Below, piece by piece: positions 10,589-22,742 of a stretch of DNA of 30,892 bases. A program made the translations under genes and the position numbers. The stretch spans positions 1-30,892 of the forward strand of contig NW_021832905.1 of NCBI RefSeq assembly GCF_006345805.1, in the 5' to 3' direction. The notes beneath the pieces are model-generated. The model saw nothing but the letters and a program-made list of their open reading frames with translations. It ran no database searches and was not told the origin of the DNA. This DNA comes from Octopus sinensis (lineage: Eukaryota). How positions within the stretch are numbered: the first letter of the stretch is position 1; every line of letters starts with the position of its first letter.

Positions 10589-10870
10589 TATATATAACAC
10601 ACATATATATACGACGAGCGTCTTTCAGTTTCCGTCTACAAAATCCACTCACAAGGCTTTGGTTGGCCTGGTGCTATAGTAGAAGACACTTGCCCAAGGT
10701 GCTACACAGTGGGACTGAACCCGGAACCGTGTGATTGGTAAGCAAGCTACTTAACACACAACCACTCTTGCGCCTATGTGTGTGTGTGTGCTTGTGTTTG
10801 CGTTTTACCTCCCCCACCACTCGACAAACGACGTTGGTTAGTTTACGTCCTTTAACATAGCTATTCCCTG
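10170..10870 (+). mobile_element. Older, decayed SINE B copy (+), split by the younger minus-strand copy
   Basis: Head-like gtatggttaagaagcttgct...ggttcagtcc at ~10180-10245 and agaagcccg at ~10280; body-like cccccaccactcgacaaacgacgttggttagtttacgtcc at ~10810-10860. Confidence 0.55.
10303..10776 (-). mobile_element. Full-length tRNA-derived SINE family B with internal (TA)n linker
   Basis: Reverse complement gives a head with A/B-box-like tggttgtgtgttaag...ccgggttcagtccc, a CORE-like ccttgggcaagtgtctt, an internal microsatellite, and the tail ggcggtgctcaagtatggccgc...aaaaga; homologous to 26573-26964. Confidence 0.9.
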
Positions 10871-10938
10871 CCTGCAATTTACCGTTTTAATTATAAAAGA
10901 TACAAAAATGCAAAAAAATGAAGAAAAAAAGGTCTTCG

Positions 10939-11005
10939 AACTGGCAGAATTGTTACCAGAACCGGACGAAATGCTTAGCGGCGTTTCTCCTTACTCTTTA
11001 CATTC
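10939..11005 (+). mobile_element. SINE family A head fragment
   Basis: gaactggcagaattgtt...ccggacgaaatgcttagcggcgtttc matches the heads at 17162 and 15937(-). Confidence 0.7.
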
Positions 11006-12257
11006 GGCCTGCTTTGCTTTTTATTGTTTTGGTGCTGGGGGATTGAAGAATCGACTTATCGTCTCCCTTATATATGCTAGACTTGTGCCTGTATTAGGAA
11101 CAATTATAAAAACTAGGGAATGAACGTGATTTTTGTTTGTTTTACATCAAAGCAAGTTATTCGTTGTCTGACGATGATGTTTCCAAGACGATTGCTCTTA
11201 AATGCTAAAAGGTTTTCCCTTTCTCTCTGTTTCACCATCTCTCTCCATCTATCTATCCAATATTTTGTCTACCAATCTATCTCCTTTAACATATATATGT
11301 GTGTCTGTGTTAATGAGATGTATATGTGTGCATATTTGTATTATACATTTGAAAATTAATTTTACCTTTCAAAAGTAAAGAACAAAGAACATCAAAAATT
11401 AAAGCCTAGATTACTTCCTTTTTCTTTCTTATATTAAATTTCGAAAAAAAAAAACTTAAACCCATCCTCTGCCTTAGTTCTAGCTCAACACATTTAAGAA
11501 TATTCTGCAGCCGATTAACTATTTATTCCACTTTAAGAAAATGGTAATCATGAACATGAAACAAAAACAAATTACAGTTAATCTCTTTTAGCTAAACCCT
11601 TAAATTTAATTACCATTTACGAAAATTAGGGGAAGGGGCATTTAATATTTTTTTCTTTTGAGATTCTTAAATTAAATAAACAGTCTACAAAATTTTGAAA
11701 AATACGTACTTTAGCCTAATATCTTCGTTAGTAATTATAGCGTTTCTTCATCATTTTTCCATTTATATTTTTATTTGTAATATACTTTCTTTTTAAATCT
11801 TTACAAATAACGTTTTAAGTAGCCTTTTTAAAAGTTTCCTTGGGAAAAATTTAATTACCAACAACAAACACGCGTATGCGTACGCAGACTACACACACAT
11901 GAAAGCACATGCAAATGCATACACATCCCATTTACACGCATACACACACACTTAGAATTTTAAAACCTCATATTCATTATTTGGAACAATGTAATTTTCT
12001 TAAATCTGAACAACGTTTCACATGAGCGGATAAAAACAGCAGCAATTCTTTCATTGTCACAGAAGACTGCGTTTTGATGCATTCCTAATATGCCTACAGG
12101 GTTAAGGAGAAGCAATATGGCCGGTTGCATATAATCTTGAACTAGTAAACATGCAAATTGTATTCGTACCAGTTTTTACCACGAGTAGAGATGAAAAAAG
12201 AAACAATATTCGAGTTATGACCGTCTAGTCTTTCTGTTTTCTTTTTCTTTTTAATAG

Positions 12258-12298
12258 TCTACTTCGGGCTGCGTTATCTTGTTCCATTTCTGAAGACG
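12258..12298 (+). CDS. Candidate 41-nt internal exon (xYFGLRYLVPFLKT or LLRAALSCSISED), gene unknown
   Basis: Long pyrimidine tract tttctgttttctttttctttttaatAG and donor acg|GTAAGA; two open frames; no recognised homology. Confidence 0.3.
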
Positions 12299-12803
12299 GT
12301 AAGAAATGATTTAAGGCAGATTTGGCCGCGATTTCGAACAAATAGATCGCATAGAATTCCCCTCTTGGTTTTTTCATATTCAAAAGCACTGAAACGGTGA
12401 TTTCTACTTTCAGGTTTAAGAACATTAGATAAATAAACCGGTAGAAGCAATTTACCCGATCGAAGAAAATTATAGTTATTTATTCATAAAAACATTAATG
12501 TGGCATTTTGATAAGGAGCATCTTTCCCGAAATATTAGAAATAATAAACAACCTACGTAAGGTAATGCAGTGTCTCCTTTCTGCTTTTATTATCCGACAT
12601 CACCTTAAATACTGTTCTTCTCATCTATATTGCTAAAATGTTTTTTGTGTGTGGAGGGTTCACATTTATAACATTTACAACAAATGCAATACTCAAATCA
12701 AATTACAATGCTCTTCAAAACTTTTGTGTTTTCCGTGAAAACAAAGGAAAAAATTATGCTCAGCTGGCTTTGGGACTCGAGTATATTATTATCCCTTTTT
12801 ACA

Positions 12804-13019
12804 GGCAGCGAGCTGGCTGAAGCGTTGGGCAAAATGCATAGCGCTATTTCGTCCGCCTTTACGTTCTGAGCTCAACTGCCATTAAGGTCGACTTTGCCTT
12901 TCATCCTTTCGGAGTCGATGAAATAAGTACCAGTTGTGTACTGGGGTCGATGTAATCAACTAGGCCTTTCCACCAAAATTTCAAGTCTTGTGCCTGTAGT
13001 AGAAAGAATTATCATTATT
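12804..13019 (+). mobile_element. SINE family A (short-tail variant)
   Basis: ggcagcgagctgg head; central ggtcgactttgcctttcatcctttcggagtcgatgaaataagtaccagt; tail gtagtagaaagaattatcattatt. Confidence 0.9.
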
Positions 13020-13774
13020 TGTAGATTTCATCCATTCCTCGGTAAGATTTGAACTAGTGTTAAAGACTTTTTAGGACATTACCCTATCATTTTTAATGAT
13101 TTTGTAACATCATCAGAGTCACTAATTACATCATTTTACGTTCTGTTTTAAAATAAATCACGGTCGATTCTGCATCTCCTACGTTCTGAGTCGATAAGGT
13201 AAGTTCCAGTTCAAATTACTGGGATCGATAAATCAATCACCTATACTTCGCTTCGTTCCCCATTGCTTATGGTTTTGTGTAGAAATCATTAGATTTGAAG
13301 TAGTTTGGGGAATATATAATTTAACTATCGTGGAGAATTAAAATATATACACGCATTAACACGTGCGCGCCAGTGCGTGTTTGTGCAAGTACCTGTGTGC
13401 ATGCATATGTGTATATATGCACAAGTAATGCATAAATCTATATCTAGCAATATATTGCACAGATAGAGAGGCACACGTTTATAGTCATAAACCTACATGT
13501 ACATAAATATATACTTATATACTCACATATATAGGTATTATATACGTACACATTTACATATATATGCATATATATGTATATCTATGTGTGTGCGCGTGCG
13601 TGTGCGTATGTGCGTGTATATGTATATACATACGCATATATATACATATACTTATATTTACATACACACATGTATATAAAAACATATATATAAGATATGT
13701 ATATATATAAATATATATATATATGTATGTATATATATACACATATATATGTATAAACACACTCATAAGACACC

Positions 13775-13806
<32 letters not shown>

Positions 13807-13820
13807 ATATATATATATGT

Positions 13821-13876
<56 letters not shown>

Positions 13877-14079
13877 AATTAATACTAGGCTGATGATTCA
13901 TTCACTGCGTCGTTACATCGAGTTTCTAGATTGCGTCCGTTCGATCAGGCGACAAACAATTTTGTCGCCTGATCGAACACATACAAGTATATCTGTATAT
14001 AAATAAGAAGCTAATAATAAAAGCCACTTACCAATGCAGGATTGGAGATATCTAAATAATCTGCCTGTCTGTGTGTCCG

Positions 14080-14111
<32 letters not shown>

Positions 14112-14799
14112 GGCCACCAATATCGTTATGACAGAGAAACACCGTCATGGAAGAAGTATACAGCGATTAGGGCGAAGAAACCCACAGCTTCGGAATAATG
14201 ATGACGTAGGCGTTTATATAACAGTTGCATTTATATCAGACTGTTATAAGGGTCTCTAACCTTGTCTCGTATATTATTACGTTTATCATGCATGGTTACT
14301 ACATTATGAATATCAGGGCCTGTGCAATATTCGCCAACTAACATTATATTTCAGTGAATAGGTAATTAACTTTATCTAACAGCTGGGATTAATTTCCGTC
14401 GAATCCGACGCAACTCCAGTTCCATTTAGAAGCAGCAACGTTGTTTCACAAAGTTTCCTCATCTCAGCATTTTCTACGCACATTCGTAAAGAAAAGCAAA
14501 CAGATTTATACACAAAATTTATGTAACTGTTGCACATGTGCATACAATGATTTATAGCTGATCACGTTTTTTCCTTATATAAATAGTCTAATGATATTAT
14601 ATATAGCACACTCGTGTGTCTTCTTTTAAGATATAAAACAGACAAGTTTACATTTCAGATGAGAAAAAAGTGCCATCATTTGTAATTATGATTTATTTCT
14701 TTTTAATATTCTTATTAAATAATAATAAAGTTTCCTTTATTACTATTTGTAATAATAAAACTTATTGGCGCATTTCTATAAAAAAATGTTCGCGACTTC

Positions 14800-14831
14800 T
14801 AATAATAATAAAAATAATAATGATGATGATG

Positions 14832-14917
<86 letters not shown>
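14800..14917. repeat. (TAA)n microsatellite
   Basis: Direct inspection. Confidence 0.95.
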
Positions 14918-15640
14918 CTCCAATCTGTGCTTCCCAGGAGCAAGCATTAAGGAACCAATTACATTAAATACAGAATAGACAACACATCAGAAAGGGATAA
15001 TTGCAAAATTTGTGGACAAAATGGTGAAACCGTATGGCACATTACGAGGCAATGTACGCCACTAGCGCAGAAAGAATGTAAGAGACGTCATGGCAATGTA
15101 GTAAGGATTGTCCATTGGACACTTTGCAACAAGTATGGAGTTAACAGAGCAAAAAAGTGGTACGAACATAAACCCTAAAGTATCATCGAAAATGATAATG
15201 CAAAGATCCTATGGGATTTTATGATTCAGTGCGACCATTAGATAGAGAATAGGAAACCAAACATAATGCTAATTGAGAAAGAAGCCAAACGATGCTGGAT
15301 CATAGATATAGCATCCCCAGCTGACAACAAGGTATGCGATAAGGAAGAAAGAAAAGTCGATAGATATGACCGGTTAGCTTGGGAGGTTAAGCAGTTGTGA
15401 TCGCTGAAAAAGGTGATAGTAGTACCAATAGTTGTCGGAGCCCTGAGAACGGTGAGTAAAAATCTCGAGAAATACATGGGACAAATAGGAGCTGCAATAA
15501 GGGTGGAGCACTTGCAGAAAACTGCACTGCTTGGAACCGCTCGAATACTCCAGATGGTGCTCGAAAAATAAGAGGTGTTACCTTAGTTTAGTGAACAGCT
15601 GACACCGTAGTACATCTCCAGCGTTAGAAGCTGTTCAAAG
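14918..15640 (+). mobile_element. 5'-truncated R4/Dong-clade non-LTR retrotransposon (CCHC knuckle + restriction-like endonuclease), inactivated
   Basis: ICASQEQAL(R)TNYIKYRID...CKICGQNGETVWHITRQC (CCHC)...RHGNV...HW.LC.KYG...WYEHKP*...KILWDF...RKPNI...IIDIASPAD...KVDRYDRL...VVPIVVGALRTV...LQKTALLGTARIL.MVLEK* (stop 15569-15571). One frameshift and three premature stops; short 3' UTR running into TAA-rich sequence. Confidence 0.92.
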
Positions 15641-15723
15641 ATAATAAAATAATTATAATAGTCACTTTGATGGCATGCACTGCTCTCTCAATCATAATAA
15701 TGATGAGGAGGATAATGAAAATG

Positions 15724-15937
15724 ATAATAACAATAACAATCCTTTCTACTGAAATTCGTGGGGAGGGGACTACTCGATTACATCGACCCAGTGTTTCACT
15801 GGTACCTAATTTATCGACCCCGACAGGATGGCAAACAAGGTCGACCTCGGCGGAATTTGAACCCAGAACGTAGAGGCAGACGAAATACTTGTAAGCATTT
15901 CGCCCGGCGTGCTAACGATTCTACCAGCTCGCCGCCT
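15724..15937 (-). mobile_element. SINE family A
   Basis: Reverse complement gives ggcggcgagctggtagaatcgttagcacgccgggcgaaatgc...gttcaaattccgccgaggtcgac...ggggtcgataaattaggtaccagt...gtagaaaggattgttattg. Confidence 0.9.
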
Positions 15938-16847
15938 TACTCAATATTACTAACAAAAACAACAAAAAAACAATAATTATATTCGGCGAAGTTATTATGT
16001 ATCTACTGTATTAAAGTGTTAAAGGTAAATTCCTGTTGTATAAACAATGTCCAAGTGTGGGAATGACATGTTGAAAGTGTGTGTATGTGTGTGTGAGAGA
16101 GAGAGAGAGAGAGACAATGCTATTAGCACATGCACACAAGAACACTCAGAGACGACTATTATCTGTGAGTGTATGTGCTTGAGATAGTAGGAGGCATACG
16201 TGTGTGAGCGCATGAAATTTGGCATTCGTATCGGTGGAACCTCTAAAAATGGACTTTTATGATAAATAATGTTTATCCTCAAGCTACAAATGAATAAAAA
16301 TTTCTATTCCGGTAGTCTCGGGCATTTGTTCAATTTGTTTGATTTATTTTATTCTGTGTGTGTGATAAACTTATATTTATCCTTGTCTTTGCCTATAATT
16401 TATGAGCATAATATGCTTGCATATGTATGCCCATGGTTAAACATAGGTAATTTACCGGTAGTGTAATGGATACTTCTATCCGTTAGACGGTTATTTTAAC
16501 CTCTACCTCAGCTAACCGTGTAAAAGTTTTTCAAAGCTTATATAATATGCATAGATATTTATATACATAATTAAATATATACATGTGTGCGCATGTATAA
16601 ATATAATTGCGCGTGAAAGCGACGAAAAATCTTAGACAAATTAATTATAAATGTTAAGGTGAATCTAACAGATTTTGTATCTTTTTAAACGGTTTATAAA
16701 AACTTACTACGCTGCAATCGTTTTTGTTTTTGCACACGATCTCAGATCGAGTCACTTGCTATGCAAATACATCTATATATACGAGGACAACAAGGCCAGA
16801 AAGACGCAGATAAAAACCAGATAACATGTTTCTCCTATGTCTAACAG

Positions 16848-16910
16848 TGCAAACATTATGTGATTCGTCTTTTAGAATTTTTCTGTAACCCGACGCTGGA
16901 AATGGAGGTG
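16848..16910 (+). CDS. Candidate 63-nt (or 60-nt) internal exon CKHYVIRLLEFFCNPTLEME(V), gene unknown
   Basis: Acceptor gtttctcctatgtctaacAG; donor gtg|GTACGG (or gag|GTGGTA); only the phase-0 frame is open; phase-compatible with 12258-12298. Confidence 0.3.
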
Positions 16911-16977
16911 GTACGGAAACATTTGTAACTTATAATTGAAGATGTGTTAAAGAATTTTCTTTCTCTTCTTTTCATTT

Positions 16978-17064
<87 letters not shown>

Positions 17065-17161
17065 AGAGAGAAAAATAGAAAGATAGAAATGGATAAATAA
17101 ATAACAATAAACAAGTCCATGGACTTTTCGAAGTTAATATTATTAGGTTGACACTCACGAA

Positions 17162-17586
17162 GGCGGCGAACTGGCAGAACCGTTAGCGCGCCGGACGAAA
17201 TGCTTGGCCGTATTTCGTCTGCCACTACGTTCTGAGTTCAAATTCCGCCGAGGTCAACTTTGCCTTTCATCATTTCAGGGTCGATAAATTAAGTACCAGT
17301 TACGCACTGGGGTCGATATAATCGACTTAATCCGTTTGTCTGTCCTTGTTTGTCCTCGCTGTGTTTAGCTCCTTGTGGGTAGTAAAGAAATAGGTATTCG
17401 TCTGCCGCTGCGTTCTAAGTTCAAATTCCGCCGGGGTAGATTTTGCCTTTCATTCTTTCGGGGTAGATTTTGCCTTTCATTCTTTCGGGGTCGATGAAAC
17501 GTACAGTCGAGCACTGGGATCGCTGTTATCGACGAGTCTCCTCCCCCAAATTTCAGACCTTTGGCCTGTAGTAGAAAGGATTATTA
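17162..17586 (+). mobile_element. Dimeric SINE family A copy with a 27-nt internal tandem duplication
   Basis: Complete monomer to aaagaaata (~17391), then restart at ggtattcgtctgccg; ggggtagattttgcctttcattctttc repeated at 17433-17459 and 17460-17486. Confidence 0.9.
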
Positions 17587-17640
17587 GGTTAACGCTCTCG
17601 GAAAGGACAAACTGATAGTGTAAAATTGTAACTTTTCGGA

Positions 17641-17760
17641 TATAGTCCTTCGTCGAATACTAGAAGTAAGACTAGGTGAGACAGAGATATATATGTATAC
17701 ATAATAATATGTATGTGTATATGTCTCTCCTAGTCTTCTAGTATTCGGCAAAGGACTATA
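17641..17760. mobile_element. 120-bp fold-back / MITE-like palindrome
   Basis: Left arm tatagtccttcgtcgaatactagaag(taag)actaggtgagaca versus reverse complement of right arm tatagtcctttgccgaatactagaagactaggagagaca; TA-rich ends. Confidence 0.6.
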
Positions 17761-17933
17761 TATGCATATGTATATGAGCGTGTTTGTATGTATATATGTA
17801 TCAGGTATGCATGTATATGTCTATTTGTCTATCATATTTTCATTTGCTTTTACTACTGCGTAAAAATATGCTTGACATACATATATATGTGTGTGCGTGT
17901 GCGTATGTGTGTTGTACGTCTGTGTTTTGTGAG

Positions 17934-17969
<36 letters not shown>

Positions 17970-17973
17970 ATAT

Positions 17974-18042
<69 letters not shown>

Positions 18043-18127
18043 TATATGTATATATACATATATTTATCAATATAAACATGTATCTTTCTATCTCTCTCTC
18101 TGTTTATATACTTATATATATATATAC

Positions 18128-18169
<42 letters not shown>

Positions 18170-18979
18170 ATATATACACACACAGGTACATATACGCATC
18201 AGTATAGCAATTGCAATACACAGAGAGGCGAAAATAAACGCCCCAGACAGATAAAGAATTATTTAGACTTCGGTGCAGTGCGTGTTTGTGTGTGTGTGTA
18301 TGTGTGTATCTGGGTGTGCGCGCAAGTGTGTGTGTGAATATGAGTGTGTGTGTTTGCGTGAATGTGCTTATGTGTATTGCTGTGTATGCGCATGTATACG
18401 TTGCATCAGGTGCATGTAAAACGTAGTAGAAACAGTCTTAAAGAGTTATGTTTACGACCTAGATATGTCATAAAATATTACTAAAGATAGACTGCTTGAG
18501 ATATTTTTTAATCATAAGCGACTTTCAGTCAAGTTTTTCTATTTGTTATTTTGTTTGTATTATTTGTTTCTATTATTTATTTTGTTTCTTCGTTTGTTCG
18601 ACTACTTTTTTCTTTTTCTTATTTTTTTTCTATTTTCTTCTGAAACTACCAAAATGATGTAAAACCATATGTGTGCATGTTTGTGTTTGTGTGTGTATGT
18701 TAGTGTGCGTATGTGAATGTCTGTTTGTATATCTATCTAATTATGTCTCTCTATCAATCTTTGTAGTTATCTGTTTTTCTAGTTATCTATGCACAAGCAT
18801 ATATATATATTCATGTTTGTGCAAACGTATACCTTTATACATATGTTCGTATATGCAGGTCTATAATATATGTACAGGCACAAATATTTATACCAATACT
18901 CCCCACACACACACATATATATATAAACATATATATATATATGTATACATGTATATATACGTATACATGTATATATATA

Positions 18980-19018
<39 letters not shown>

Positions 19019-19182
19019 TGTATACATGTATATATATATATATGTATACATGTATATATATATATACATACATATATTCATATACGTACATATATTTACA
19101 TAATACATATACCTTCACATATATACGCACATATATATGTACACTCTCACACATATATATGTATATAAACTCTCAGCATACA

Positions 19183-19224
<42 letters not shown>

Positions 19225-19550
19225 AGCATACCTACGTCTATACCTTCATATATGTGTGTGTATATATTACCCAAACACTAATACACAAGAACTATTTTTA
19301 TTTTGTTATAGCCATGTTTTCAACTTAGATCTAAAAGTTTTATTTACTCATTGTTCGTGTGATTTTTCTGGTTCTTATTTTTGCTTGCTATTTTCATGCT
19401 CGGTTTTACATTTTTCCGTCTCAGTGAAATAAATGCTCGAATTTCTTTTTCCTTTTTTTTTTTTTTTACTGGAAACTGTAAAAGCGGATTACTTTTGATG
19501 ACTTGGGATAAACACTGATCTATACAGACTGCCGTGAGCTGAATAGAATA

Positions 19551-19867
19551 CAGTCGAGAATCCCTTATTCGAAATTGTAAAGGTTACGAATCTCGAATCT
19601 TTTCGGATTTCAGAGTATTCTGTTTTTGCATCTATAAAATGGGACTGCTTGGGGACGAGACCCAATTTTAAACACAGTATCCATTTATATTTCACACTAT
19701 ATAAACTAAACAGAACATGATTATCACTTCTCAAAATCTAGCGCTTCGTAACACCTCTAAACAGCTGTATTTGATGGATTCTTCTCAGCTTTTGTGGGAT
19801 TTTCTGTTTGTCATATGCCATAAAAGATTTCGGATTTTTTGAATTTCGGTTAAAGGAATTTCAACTG
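19551..19867. mobile_element. pogo/Tigger-type MITE (Tigger4/Zombi-like), 317 bp
   Basis: 26-bp imperfect TIRs: cagtcgagaatcccttattcgaaatt (19551-19576) and rc cagttgaaattcctttaaccgaaatt (19842-19867), 20/26 identical. TA precedes the left end. Sub-terminal ttcggattt repeats. Confidence 0.75.
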
Positions 19868-20031
19868 GAGTTGTTTCGTTCTCCATACAAGTTCTACCGA
19901 CGTCAACTTTGCCATTAATCCTTCCAGGGTTGATAAAAAACAATGTATTATTCAAGAACTAGCGGCGATAATATTCACCAATTTTCCCCTCGGAATAACT
20001 GGATCCGGTGCTAAAATTATTACGCATTAAA

Positions 20032-20386
20032 GCAGCGATCTGGCAGAAACGTTAGTACACCGGGCGAAATGCTTGGCGGTATTTCAAATTCCGCCGAGGT
20101 CGATTTTGCCTTTCATCCTTTCGATGTAATCGAATTAATCCGTTTGTCTGTATTTGTTTGTCCTCTCTGTGTTTAGCCCTTGTGGGTAGCAAAGAAATGG
20201 GTATTTTGTCTGCCGTTACGTTCTGAGTTCAAATTCCGCCGAGGTCGACTTTGCCTTTCATCCTTTCGGGGTCGATAAATCAAGTACCAGTTACGCACCA
20301 GTGCGTAACTGGTACTTGATTTAATCGACGTAATCCCTTTGTCTGTCCTTGTTTGTCCCCTCTTGTGGGCAATAAAGGAATAAGAA
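20032..20386 (+). mobile_element. Dimeric SINE family A copy containing a 23-bp perfect palindrome
   Basis: Same monomer-aaagaaat-ggtatt(t)gtctgccg junction as 17162-17586. Confidence 0.9.
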
Positions 20387-20670
20387 TCGTTAGTGAGAAT
20401 GGAAAAATCATATTGAATAATTTGTTCAAATTCCAGCCAATGTTAACTTTACCTTTGAGTTGATGATCTGCAGAATTGTTACCACGCTGGACAAAATGCA
20501 TAGCAGCATTCCATCCGTTTTTGTATTCTGGGTCCAAATTCCCATTTTGGGGTCGATAAGCACTGGAGTCGATGTAAGCGACTCACCCCTTCCCCGAAAT
20601 TTCTGACTCTGTACCAAAATTTGAAACTGATATTAACTGTACCTTTTATTCCGCCAGTCTATGAAATAAA

Positions 20671-20935
20671 GCGTGTTGTGTTCTTGAGCAAGACACTTTA
20701 TTTTCATGTTGCTTCACTTCCCTCAACTGTAGAAATGAGTTGCGACGTCCCTGGTGCCAAACTGTATCGGCCTTTGCCTTTCCATTGGATAACATCAATG
20801 GCGCGAAGAGATGGCTGGTATGCATGGAAGATTGCGATCTTCCATTAACAACATGGCCCGGGCTTGTGCTTCGGAGAGGAACTTTCTAGGTTCAATTCCA
20901 TGGTCATTCATGACCGAAGGGGGTATTGGCCCTTT
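20671..20935 (+). mobile_element. SINE family C, 5'-truncated and diverged
   Basis: Aligns with 28497-28765 (gcgtgttgtgttcttgagcaagacactttattt...tcatgaccgaaggggg). Confidence 0.88.
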
Positions 20936-21596
20936 ACACTTTTTATCCTTTTACCTAAATTAGAAACAATTAAAGCAGGTATTCCTATATATTAATATTC
21001 CTATATATTAAAGCAATGATCTGGTAAAATCGTTAGAAAGAAGGAAAACAATATCTTTCGACATTTGTTCCGGATCCTTATGTTCCAATTTCAATTCTTA
21101 CTGGGGTCATTTGTGTCTTTTAGCTTTCCAAACTCGATAATAGAAAGTACCAGTAAAATACTACGGTGGATGGTACTGCCTTATTCTTACCCTCAAAATC
21201 ATAGTCTACATTAGAAGAAACAAAACAAATAAAATAATTAAAATAGCGGATGATAGAGTCAGGAGAGCGAAACATAATGTGTCTTGAGGGAACAAGTTAC
21301 GTAACTCCATGTTCAAACTTTACTAAGGCGTGAGATCAAATGCTATGATGGTATATTTTTCCTCTTTTAACATCGGGGTCCTACCATAGCCTAAATTTAT
21401 ATTGAGCCTTATGCGTGAGATTAGGCAAGCAGAACCTATATGGAAGGCCATCGGTTACACCTATAGTAGTCACACATACACACATACATACTTTGAAGCA
21501 TTCATACATACACACACTCATACATACTTATAAATACATACACACACACGCACGCGCGCGCTCATGCATACATACATACATACATACATACATACA

Positions 21597-21630
<34 letters not shown>

Positions 21631-22692
21631 CATAGGCTTCTCAAAACCAGAAAGGGGAAAGCTGATATGGAGTCTACAGATCCACGTTAACCCTGGAACT
21701 GTAAAAACCTGTAAAACTTACCAGCATTTTATCGTTTAAATATATATGCTCATGTCTAGGCATGCAAATAAATGCATGAGAATATGAACATAAAACGAAA
21801 CATACATATCTGCACATGCACTGACTCTAAATACTGCACATATACACACACATGCATGCAAAAAATACCCTGTTGGTGTTGAAATTCCAGTAAACGAGTC
21901 TTCGGTTTAGGTTAGAAATCGGCTCTTTCTCTTTTGGCAAGAAATCTTGAAATAAAACTGAATAATGATATACATACATATCCTTGTGTGTATGTATGTA
22001 TGTGTGTTTGTGTGTGTGTATTGTGAGTGCGTTTGAGTATGTTGTGTGTGTGTGTACGAGTGTGTGTGTTTGTGTTTCTGTCTGTGTTTCTGTATGTGTT
22101 GTGTATGTGTACGTGTGTGTGTGTGTGTATGTGTGTGTTCGTGTGTGTGTGTGTGCGTGTGTGTGTGTGTGTGTGCCTCTGTGTGTGTGTGCGTAACGTA
22201 TAGGAATACCTATTTAGAAACGCTGTTTCTGAGGATTTAGGCTTTGTTCATCACATTTTGTAAGCGCACGTATAAGAGAAGCAATACGAATGCACACATT
22301 ACAACTATATAACGCATGCTCACGTACATACAGTCAAGTAGTGGATCTGGAAATGATGCATGCGTACATAAATCGTCAAATAATATAGCAATTGCGCATG
22401 TCCATTGTGCAATAGACAATGTTACCCTTCAGATAAGGAAAGGAACCGCCATTTGTAATAATGATATATATTTGGTGAATATAAATAAAAAGATAAATAT
22501 AAAATGAATAAGAAGAAAATGAAAAGAAAAAAACACAAGGGCTGTAGTGAAAGATGCGGTGTGTGGTGAGTTGTGAAATAATAAAATGAGGAAAATGATG
22601 TGAGAACGTGTTAGAAAGATGAGTAATTTGTCTGTGTGTGTGTTTCTGTGGGAGTGTGTGTATGTATGTGCAATTGTGTATAGATATATATG

Positions 22693-22742
<50 letters not shown>

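Noticed and set aside
19489-19734. 81-aa minus-strand ORF as an exon
   Set aside because: Runs across the TIR and interior of the MITE; no splice support
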